Shown here piece by piece: positions 1-8,700 of a stretch of DNA of 64,000 nucleotides (its first letter is position 1; each line of letters starts with the position of its first letter). The notes under the pieces were generated by a model. That model did not search any database, was not told where the DNA came from, and saw only the letters and a program-made list of their open reading frames with translations. The stretch is from a virus. The position numbers were made by a program, and so were the translations under genes. The stretch lies in the IMG/VR virus record IMGVR_UViG_3300020176_000011, positions 16,085 through 80,084 of that record; one strand, 5' to 3'.

Positions 1-77
1 TACTCTCGAGTCTCACCCTTCGACAGCATGAAGTCGGTGATCGTGAATGCGGCCTTGTGGGTGATTTTGACACGCAT
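1..77 (-). CDS. 5' part of a hypothetical protein (MRVKITHKAAF...), runs off the window edge
   Basis: ATG at 77 directly after the desaturase stop, purine-rich RBS upstream, frame open to position 1. Confidence 0.5.
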   Translation of the reverse strand, partial: MRVKITHKAAFTITDFMLSKGETRE

Positions 78-78
78 A

Positions 79-789
79 TCACTTCTTCCTAATGAGACGG
101 ATGAAGAGAGAACTGGGATTGAACGGACCCATATCCCACCGAGACGGATGATCATGGTGGAATTTGTGACGCCACTCACCAACGCTCACCGGAATCATCC
201 ACCACACGTCTCGCGGCTGACGACCCCAATGCGCGACGATATTGTGGATTCCACCCATGATCAAGAGCATTCCGACCGGCAGGACATACCCGTAGAAGCC
301 GAGTTCCCAGTTGATCAAGGTCAGGGCCAGGAGCGTGAGCATGTTCACGAGCCAGTAGTGGCGGTGAAACCACATGTGCCACGGGTCATGCTTCATCAGC
401 TGACGAGCGCACTTCCAGCTGTATTTCGGATAGTGGTAGTTGATCAGCCAAGCTGACTTCCAACTTTTCACATTGTGTGGATCCTGATCGGTATCCGAAT
501 ACATGTGATGGGCAGTGTGGGCGGCGCACCATTGCAAGGAGCTTCCCGAACAGGAAAGTGTTCCAAGGTAGAGCATCACTCGTTCGACCCATCGATATGT
601 CCGATAGGAGTTGTGTGTGAATTTGAAATGGAAACCTGCACTCACGCTCAACCCGACGACCACGTAAGTGAAGAGAGTGGCCCACAGCCACTCGGTCGGT
701 CCAAGAAGTACAGCAGTCACGATGGCAATCACGCCAACGACTTGGACCAGACCCGAGTGGTGCCCTCGGTGCATGAGGAGGTGGGTCAC
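79..789 (-). CDS. Membrane fatty-acid desaturase (delta-9-like)
   Basis: Three His boxes (GFHFKFTH; AHTAHH followed by SDTDQDPH; GEWRHKFHH) separated by hydrophobic TM segments. Confidence 0.9.
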   Translation of the reverse strand: MTHLLMHRGHHSGLVQVVGVIAIVTAVLLGPTEWLWATLFTYVVVGLSVSAGFHFKFTHNSYRTYRWVERVMLYLGTLSCSGSSLQWCAAHTAHHMYSDTDQDPHNVKSWKSAWLINYHYPKYSWKCARQLMKHDPWHMWFHRHYWLVNMLTLLALTLINWELGFYGYVLPVGMLLIMGGIHNIVAHWGRQPRDVWWMIPVSVGEWRHKFHHDHPSRWDMGPFNPSSLFIRLIRKK

Positions 790-792
790 GAC

Positions 793-1080
793 CTACTCCA
801 CCTTCGGCTCTTCGAACAGACGCGGCTGAGCGTCGTCATTATCGGTGACGACCGGAGCTTGCGGCTGGTACTCGCCCGGCTTGTTGATCGGCGCATCTTT
901 GCGGAGGAGGCGGACCTCTTCCTCGGGAAGGACCGGCGCGTTGGAGAGAGCCGCGTAGTTCTGTCGAGCGATGATCGGAGCAACCCATCGGCTGTCCTTC
1001 AGCTGCTCCACTTCCAGTCCTTCGGCACCGAAGTCGATGGCCTCGGCAGAGGTCAGTACGATCTTGTCATTGACGTTCAT
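793..1080 (-). CDS. Hypothetical protein, 95 aa
   Basis: AGGAG RBS before ATG at 1080; co-directional in late operon. Confidence 0.6.
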   Translation of the reverse strand: MNVNDKIVLTSAEAIDFGAEGLEVEQLKDSRWVAPIIARQNYAALSNAPVLPEEEVRLLRKDAPINKPGEYQPQAPVVTDNDDAQPRLFEEPKVE

Positions 1081-1094
1081 GATGTTCTCCTGGG

Positions 1095-1328
1095 TTAAGC
1101 GATGAGTGCGTCGACTTCTTCTTGGGTCATCCTCGGCAATGCTGCGAAGACCCCCCACCGGTCTTCATATGCCGGACTTTCGAGACAATTGGAACTGATG
1201 AAGTAGGTGCCATCGGTCAGCACAACCGGCTCCAAGAAATCGATTGAAGCATACTCAGGGATGCGAGACGGACCACGATGTTCGTCTCGCTGAGCCGGTG
1301 TCAGCCTCAGATAGGGTGTATCGGTCAT
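1095..1328 (-). CDS. Hypothetical protein, 77 aa (possibly spike-associated)
   Basis: Start overlaps the spike stop codon; some similarity in character to the adjacent 95-aa ORF. Confidence 0.55.
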   Translation of the reverse strand: MTDTPYLRLTPAQRDEHRGPSRIPEYASIDFLEPVVLTDGTYFISSNCLESPAYEDRWGVFAALPRMTQEEVDALIA

Positions 1329-4300
1329 AGCGCAACTCCGCGTGCAGTAAGCATAGCTTGAATGGTGTTGTAGAGACTCAACTGTTTGGCTGCACTCATC
1401 GACTTCACAACCATCGCTATGCTCATCGCAGTATTACGAGCATTATTTCGATTGCCGTTGTCGTTTCGACCACCCAGTATGATTTCGATGTTAGGTAGAA
1501 CAGTTCCATTTGTACCCAACGAAGTGGTCGCAAACAGATTACCATTACGCCAATGTTCCAATACAGACGCTCCAGGAGCGCGAGTGATACCATGAAATCC
1601 AACAGAGCTGGGAGTGAGTGTGGCAGTCTGAACAATAGCATTGTTCAGACTGCCATACATTCGATTAGCACCACTTCGTGGCGCAAATTCCATGTTCTGA
1701 GTATCAGAAATATAGACGCCAAGAGAATCACCCGGAGGACCACCATTTACCTCCTGACGTTCATACCACATCAAGCCAAGATCATCTCCCGCAATTAGGG
1801 TGCCGTGAACACTGGGAATGTATCCGGTTCGAATGTGCATTGCCGAATTAAATGTAGTTCCAGTAGCTGCGTAAGCCGGAGAATTAAGTCCGGTACCTAC
1901 TACTCCCTTTTTACCACTAACCAATACCTGTTGAGCTACGACGTCCAGAGTCGTACCCCACCAGAAATCGTCGATGTAATTCCACAGATCATTCGTAACC
2001 AAGTCGGCGTAGAATTTGCTACGGAAAGCAAACTCTGCATCGGTCATTCGTCCACCAGCTGCCACAACGTTGGCACGGTTCTGAACCGCATACGGATGCC
2101 ACATCTGGACGTTGGAGACGAATGCGCTGATCGGTTCGACGACCTGATGAGCAATCGGAATCGGCAACGAACCGGCGACGGTCGTCGATAGAGAAGCGGG
2201 GCTCGACGGATCATTCATCGTCGCGTAGCTGTAGCCAGTCGACGGCGTGACCGTGCTGCCAGCCAAGACTGGCCAACCCGCAAAGTGGTTCATGTGAGCG
2301 TGGACCGGGATAATGAACGTGCCCCACGGCTGAGCATTCACTGCCGCGACGAGTGCTGTGTTCACCGCTTGTAGTGCAGTCCACAGAGTGTTGCCACGCT
2401 CGGACAGGCCAGCCAGATTGGTCACAACGCCGATCTTCACGCCGGGGCACGCCGCTCGGATGTTCGACAGAATGAACGGCACAATCAGATTGATGTCGGC
2501 AACGGCTTCGGCCGTCGTGGTCCGCTCCAGGATGTCTTCCAATCCCAGATTGAGGATCACGATGTCCGGGTCGGCGAAGCTGAACCGATTGAGGTAGTGA
2601 CGGAAGTCGAAGATGTAACCACCGGCCGTCGTGTAGGTCAGAGAGTCGCCACCCGTGGCCAGACGAAGGAACGGGTTCTGCGCATATTTGTTCGTCTTCG
2701 ACAGCGCATTGTAAGTCGCTTCGGTTCCGAGGGCGAATGGAGCGGGTGTGTCACCATCGGCCACCAGACCGCTCAGATCTCCCCAGCCCTGCGAGAATCG
2801 ATACTCGCCGACCGGACCACCAGTGCTGTTCCAGGACGCGCTGATGCTGCCAGGAATCGTACCGACAGCGACCGGCGTAAGACCCATGGTCTGAAGCTTG
2901 GTAAACAGCTGGCTCGACAACTGGTTCAGCGTCGTGTCGCCGATGATCATGACGCGGGGACTACCAGTCAGACCCGAGCTGGCGGCGATGTGAACATCCA
3001 AGTCCATGACGTAGCGACGATTGATGTCGCTGTAGGACATGAGAGCGAGCTGGCACGTCGAACCCATCAGGTTCGGATCGATACGAAGAGTGTCCTCGCT
3101 CGACATGACGTAGGGATAGTTGTTGTTCGACGTCTGAACGGAGGCAATGCCACCATAGTAGAGGTCTTCCATCGTCTGCATCGGCATCAAGTTGCGCAGG
3201 TGCAATGGCATGACACGACCCGTGTTCAACCACAGGTCCTTGCCCATGATCGGTGCAGCACTGAACCAGCGCGGGTAGTCGGCGCGCATGATCCAGTTTG
3301 CCGGGGAGTTTCGCTGGACGCACAGCTGCGCACCACCAACCGTCACCGTTCCACTTGCCGACGCAGCGCCCAGATGCGCGCGAGTTGCACCTGCCGATGC
3401 CGAACTGAGAACACCCGCGACGGAGTAAATGGCAGCGTTCGCCGACAGCTGCTTCTCCAACGTCATGGTGAACGACTGAAGACTGACAACACCACCGGTC
3501 TTTGTGGTCTGTCGGAAAATCAGAGTACGACCAGTGCCAAACGTATTCGCGATTGTCGTCTCGATGTAGATGCGACCAAAGAAATACTCGTTACCCATCA
3601 AAGGTTCGGGGAAGACCATACCCTGATAGTTGTTGGTTGTTCCCTTCACACCCTTCGTGATCCCGAGAGCGAGGATCGCCGAGTCGGTGAACGGAGTCAC
3701 GACTTCGGATGCGAGCGGAACCGACTGCTCGGGGAACAGACTGTCGAGAAACATGTTCTCGCTGACACCCGCGCTATCGCCGATGAAGTTGTAGCGACTG
3801 GTCACGTTACCGAAGTTCGAGACGCAGATCTCGGGCTCCTGATACATGTTGGTGGTGACGCGCGTGACATTCGTCTCGCTCTTGATCGCACCCTGGGGAT
3901 CGGTCGGGTTGGCGATGTGATACGCGCGGTCGTACCAGACGCGGGTGATGCTGGTCTTCGACGTCGAGAGTGGAGCCGTGAAGTAGCGGGTCTGGTTCGG
4001 AGCTGCAGCATTCGGCGTCACGAGGATCATGCCTTCGCGACCATCGACGTAGTAGAACTCCGGAATGAGAACCTCGGTCTTCTCCACAATGCCGACGTCG
4101 CGCATCATGATGAAGCTGGTCTGCTCCGAGAGACGGTCGTAGAGAACCGGGTCCGTACCGATGGTGCCGGAAGCGCCGCCGACCCAGTTCCAGACCGTGC
4201 GAGCGTATTTGGTACCTTGCTTGATCGAGACGAGCGATCCCACCATCATAGCGAAGGTTGCGATGCTGGGCTCTCGAACGGCACCACCCGCCTGCACCTT

Positions 4301-4573
4301 GTAAAAGCCACCCTGCGACGGCGTCGTCGTTCGATAGGGAACAAACGCCACCATATTGGCAGTGAGGGTCACGCCGTCGATCACAGCTCCAGGAACCAAG
4401 AGAGGCGTGAAGCTGGTGGCGTTACCGTCATAGCAGAAGTCGGCGATGATCAGCGTCGTCGGTCCGGCAGGACCCTGCACACCCTGCGGTCCCGTTCCAC
4501 CCTGCAAGCCGGTATAGATCTCGATGATGATCGGATCCATCTCCTGCGGGACTACGGTGATGATATCGGGCAT
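1325..4573 (-). CDS. Tail fibre/spike with degenerate SGNH/GDSL-like domain and C-terminal beta-rich domain
   Basis: AGGAG RBS before ATG at 4573; N-terminal collagen-like GPQGVQGPAGP; motifs RVMIIGDT and PDIVILNLGLED; located downstream of the tail tip genes. Confidence 0.7.
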   Translation of the reverse strand: MPDIITVVPQEMDPIIIEIYTGLQGGTGPQGVQGPAGPTTLIIADFCYDGNATSFTPLLVPGAVIDGVTLTANMVAFVPYRTTTPSQGGFYKVQAGGAVREPSIATFAMMVGSLVSIKQGTKYARTVWNWVGGASGTIGTDPVLYDRLSEQTSFIMMRDVGIVEKTEVLIPEFYYVDGREGMILVTPNAAAPNQTRYFTAPLSTSKTSITRVWYDRAYHIANPTDPQGAIKSETNVTRVTTNMYQEPEICVSNFGNVTSRYNFIGDSAGVSENMFLDSLFPEQSVPLASEVVTPFTDSAILALGITKGVKGTTNNYQGMVFPEPLMGNEYFFGRIYIETTIANTFGTGRTLIFRQTTKTGGVVSLQSFTMTLEKQLSANAAIYSVAGVLSSASAGATRAHLGAASASGTVTVGGAQLCVQRNSPANWIMRADYPRWFSAAPIMGKDLWLNTGRVMPLHLRNLMPMQTMEDLYYGGIASVQTSNNNYPYVMSSEDTLRIDPNLMGSTCQLALMSYSDINRRYVMDLDVHIAASSGLTGSPRVMIIGDTTLNQLSSQLFTKLQTMGLTPVAVGTIPGSISASWNSTGGPVGEYRFSQGWGDLSGLVADGDTPAPFALGTEATYNALSKTNKYAQNPFLRLATGGDSLTYTTAGGYIFDFRHYLNRFSFADPDIVILNLGLEDILERTTTAEAVADINLIVPFILSNIRAACPGVKIGVVTNLAGLSERGNTLWTALQAVNTALVAAVNAQPWGTFIIPVHAHMNHFAGWPVLAGSTVTPSTGYSYATMNDPSSPASLSTTVAGSLPIPIAHQVVEPISAFVSNVQMWHPYAVQNRANVVAAGGRMTDAEFAFRSKFYADLVTNDLWNYIDDFWWGTTLDVVAQQVLVSGKKGVVGTGLNSPAYAATGTTFNSAMHIRTGYIPSVHGTLIAGDDLGLMWYERQEVNGGPPGDSLGVYISDTQNMEFAPRSGANRMYGSLNNAIVQTATLTPSSVGFHGITRAPGASVLEHWRNGNLFATTSLGTNGTVLPNIEIILGGRNDNGNRNNARNTAMSIAMVVKSMSAAKQLSLYNTIQAMLTARGVAL

Positions 4574-4574
4574 C

Positions 4575-4913
4575 TTAAACTCCTGGACGAACTTGGAAGA
4601 CACCAGTCAGAAGCTCGACGACGGTCACTCCATCGGCCAGCAGTATCTTGATGTCATAGACGTATTTCTGCGCGGCGAGGCCCGCCGTCTGGGCCGCTGT
4701 CAGCCCAATGCGGATCACGCCGGTCAGTGGCGTGATACTGGTGCTGAGATTGATCGTTGCGGTCGGCGCGTCGTAGCTCGTCTTGAGACGCGCCGAAGAC
4801 ACGGTGACGCCCGTCAGGTTCATCACCGTAGTCGGGTTCGACTTCAGCACAAGGTCCCGGCTGAACGTCGCACCTTGGTCGACGATGAAATCGAAACGAG
4901 TGGCGGGCATCAC
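4575..4913 (-). CDS. Small tail-associated protein (BppU-like Ig fold)
   Basis: DQGATF...GVIRIGLTAAQT...YVYDIKI...LLTG pattern typical of fibre adaptor domains. Confidence 0.6.
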   Translation of the reverse strand: MMPATRFDFIVDQGATFSRDLVLKSNPTTVMNLTGVTVSSARLKTSYDAPTATINLSTSITPLTGVIRIGLTAAQTAGLAAQKYVYDIKILLADGVTVVELLTGVFQVRPGV

Positions 4914-5125
4914 TTAAACCTTTCCTGCATGGGACTCGGGTCCACAGGGTTCTGCTCTTTTACAGCAGCGATCCTATCCAGCCAAGCGATAGTTTCCTCG
5001 GGTAGCTGAAAACCTTGCTGCCTGAGAGCTTGAAAGCCCTTGTAGATGGCATCAAGCTGATTCCCAATTGGTGGGTAATTCTGCAGCCGTCGAACGGCTG
5101 GTTCTTTCGATCCTTTAATACGCAT
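4910..5125 (-). CDS. Hypothetical tail-region protein (YPPIGNQLDAIY...VKEQNP type)
   Basis: Coupled ORF; motif resembles small fibre-assembly-associated proteins. Confidence 0.55.
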   Translation of the reverse strand: MRIKGSKEPAVRRLQNYPPIGNQLDAIYKGFQALRQQGFQLPEETIAWLDRIAAVKEQNPVDPSPMQERFK

Positions 5126-5516
5126 GGATCACTCCCCGCCAAGTCACCATCTTGAGATTCTTGAGTTCGATCTTGAATACACCAGCGTGTTCCGGTTCAA
5201 ACTCAATAGTGCCGTCCTCGATCACCACTGGTGCGTTTCCATCGACACGCATCGTTGTGCCTGGAGGGACCACGCCGGTCGTAACTTCTCCGACTGCAAC
5301 GTCCTCGTCACTGAAGCCAGCAAACTCGACGCGCCGAACAGGCGTCACCGTCTCCAGATCGAGATACCAGAGTTCGGGATCGTAGTCTCCACCAATGATC
5401 CAACAGCCCGGCTCCTGCTGATGCTGGAGATCACGGAATGAGCAGCCTCTGACACAAACGACTTCACCAGTCAGCTTGTTGAAAGCAGTAAACTTGACAT
5501 GATCGCCGGGGTTCAT
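5115..5516 (-). CDS. Hypothetical tail-region protein
   Basis: Translationally coupled ORF in the tail operon. Confidence 0.6.
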   Translation of the reverse strand: MNPGDHVKFTAFNKLTGEVVCVRGCSFRDLQHQQEPGCWIIGGDYDPELWYLDLETVTPVRRVEFAGFSDEDVAVGEVTTGVVPPGTTMRVDGNAPVVIEDGTIEFEPEHAGVFKIELKNLKMVTWRGVIHAY

Positions 5517-5788
5517 CGTTTTAACTCCAGAGCTTGCAACAACGTTCGAGTCGTGTGACCGCTTGTATGACTGCCCATGAACTTCAATTTGAAAGTGTGG
5601 GTACCAGCTGAGGGTGTCGCGGAAAGGAAGATTGTCGACAAACCATTATCGATCTTGAAACTCGTGACCAAAACGTCGTCAATATACACTCCAACTTCAC
5701 AGGTGTAAGTTGGATATGAGTTGACCCAATGGGCAGTATTGGTCCATGTCGGACCACTCGGGCCTGGATCAGGAGGATTGTAACCCAT
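5513..5788 (-). CDS. Small protein resembling the terminal beta-strands of a J-type tip protein
   Basis: Strong TAAGGAG RBS that includes the J stop codon; ends ...TRTLLQALELKR. Confidence 0.6.
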   Translation of the reverse strand: MGYNPPDPGPSGPTWTNTAHWVNSYPTYTCEVGVYIDDVLVTSFKIDNGLSTIFLSATPSAGTHTFKLKFMGSHTSGHTTRTLLQALELKR

Positions 5789-5798
5789 ATCTTACTCC

Positions 5799-8700
5799 TT
5801 ACCAGTAAGCGTAGATGTCAGTGTAGACCGTGTAAGCGAACTGCAGGTAGCCAGTGATATTCACAATTCCACCTTGCGTCGTCATCGTCACAGTCGCGAT
5901 TGTCGTGCCCGGAGTTCCATCATAGATGTCCGACGTGCTGTAGTAACTACCGGCGTTCGTCACAGCACCCGGATCGATGCGGTCAGTTGTCACACCACCG
6001 ATGGTGATGCGGTCAGCAGTGATCGTGCCAGCCGTGATGCGTGCAGCATCCATGGTACCGGTGGTGATCTTGGCAGCGTCGAGAGAGGCAATCTTGGCCG
6101 AGGTGATCGTGCCGGTCGCGATCTGAGCATCAGTGATCGTAGCCGCCGTGATCATCGCACCGTTGACGCCACCCGCGTCCATGATCGTCGTGCCAGCCGC
6201 GTCCGAGACGCGGATGCCATAGCCACCACCTGACAGGGCACCAAGCTGAACGCGCGTCCCGCCGAGCGCGTCCTTGATCGTCATGCGCTGCAGGGTACCA
6301 TCGATCACGAATTTGCTGTCGACCAGAGTGATGGTCTGCGCACCAATGGTGCCCGAGGTCAGCTTGCCGACGCTGAGATCTGCGACCTTGGCGTTCGTGA
6401 TGATCGCGTCCTTAATCTGCGCCGTCAGCGAGATCACCTCACCCGCCCACAGTCGGTCGCCCGTGATCGTGCCGGTAACGATGTCCGAACCATCGACGAT
6501 GGTGCGACCGTAGTTCACGACCAAATCAGAACCACCGCGATAGGTCGCGATGATGATTGTGTTCGGCGAATAGGCGTCGTTGATGTTGGTAGTCAGATCG
6601 AGGTTTCCAACACCCTTGTTCCAACACAGGTAAACGACACCGCTCGACCAAGTGTTTGATCCACCCGTAACAGCGACGGTTGTTGCTGTGCCAGCGTCGT
6701 TCACGTAGGTGATGTTGCCAGCAGTCCACGACATGATGTTCGTCGTCGGGATAGCCTGAACTTCAATACCTTGAATGTCGATGCCGCGAGCGCCAAGAGT
6801 GATCTTGTTCGCCGAGATCGTGTTTGCCGCGATACTTCCGCCCTCGATCTTCGTCGCGTCAGTTCCATTGCGCCAGTTTGCCAGCGAGACTCCACCCGAG
6901 ATGAGAATCTTGCCGGGGTCGATCTGCGTCGAGCCAGCGTTGATACGGGTGCCGGGGTCGCTGGCACCGAGGGCGGCGTTCGACAGGATCGTCGAGAGCG
7001 TCGGGCCGCCCGATCCCACCAAGATCGTACCGGCGAGAATCGATCCAGCCGTGATCTTGCCAGCGTCCAGTGTGTTCGTCTGAATGCGGTCGCCGTTCAG
7101 GGTGTTGACCGTGATGTGGGCAGTCGTGATGACGCCGTTCGCGATCTGCGTGCCGCTGTTGATGTTGAGCGTCGTGCCCGACGTGCCAGCGGTCGAGCTG
7201 ACCGGGAAGTAGCCACTGGTGTTGGCCGAGGTGTCGACAGCCCGGAGCCAGTAGTAGCGCGTGCTGCCACCAGCCAGACCCTGCTTGATGAAGCTGGTCC
7301 CGGTCGGCTTACCGATCAGGGTCGCCAGACTGCGGTCGTTGACAGTGGCCTCCCACACCTCGACGTAGGCGAGGTCCGCGTCAGTCGGGTTGGTCCAGTT
7401 CAGCCAGAGGTTCTCGAACCCGGCCAGCACGGTGAAGCCGCTCACGCTGCCCGGAGCCACAGTGTCCTTGGCCGTCGTGTGGTTCGCCTCGGTAGAGAAC
7501 AGACCCTTTTGGAGCGCGATGTCAGCCGCACGAACCTTCACGTAGTAGGTCGTGTTTGGCTTGACGATCCATTTGAAGACGTTCGTGTCGCTCTGGAACT
7601 GGCTGGAGTTGCCAGTCGCTTCCCTGATCTCGATGTCGTACCGAAGGAAGTCAGCTTCCGGCGCAGCGGTCCACGTCGCCGACAAGGTCGTCTGAGTGGT
7701 GCCATCCGGCATGATTGCAGCTGCCGACGACAGGGACAAGCCAGTGATCTGAGCCGGTGCGCCCGGCACAGTGTCGAGCGTCGGCAGCGGAACGGCAATG
7801 CCGTTCACCGGACCCACGTAGTTGCCGAAGTTGCCCGAGTAGTCGTAGGCACGTAGCCAGAACCAACGCTGTGCGCTGAGGGGCAGACCCGTCATCACGT
7901 AGCTGTTTTTGTTGCCAGTGTCGGTCGGGCTCGCCGGACGAGTGCTGGTCAGACCAACATAAATCTCGACACCAGCGAAGTCTTCGTCGAGCGGGTTCTT
8001 CCAGTCGAAGTACAGGGACTCGTATCCGCCCTTCACGACCAGTCCGGTCGGATCGCCAGGACCAGTGGTGTCGTCGGTGAAGTTGCAGTTGACGATGGAC
8101 GACCAGTCGGAGTCGATAGACGCGCGCGATACAGCCTTGACCCGCATCTGGTAGGCGTCGCTCATCGGCGCGCTGTACCGAATGTCGGTCAGCATCACTT
8201 CCTTGGTGACGTAGTCTTTCCAGTCTGCGCTCGGCCCAGTGCGGATTTGAACGACGTAATGGTCCGTCAGCTCGGGCGTCGTAGAGGGCGTCCACGTCGC
8301 AGTGATCACCGTCTTGGCGCTGACATCGCCGATCTTCTTTCGAACAGCCGAGATGTTCGGGTTCGTCGGAGCATTCGGAACACCACTGATGATCGCGATC
8401 TCTTCACTCGGGATCAGATTGCGACCGAACTGATCGTTGTGCGCCAGATGGATGAAGTAGTTCTTCGACCGATCCAGTTCGGGCACGAGGATCGGATTAC
8501 CCGACAGGATGTAGGTCGGCGTATCCAAGCTGGTCCAGCTGTGATCGGTGTCGACCCACACATGCGTGTTCAGCCAGTCAGCGTCAGTCGGCGTATCAAA
8601 CTCGAGACGCAGTCCACCTTCTACCCACGTAGGAACCACCCGGCGCGGCGCGGCAGGTGCCGGGTTGTGCGCCAGGAAGGACACGCCTGGAGACGCTTGA

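Noticed and set aside
5960-7150. ITAGTIT-type repeats in J as a diversity-generating retroelement target
   Set aside because: Ordinary beta-helical protein repeats; no reverse transcriptase or adenine-specific template/variable repeat pair seen
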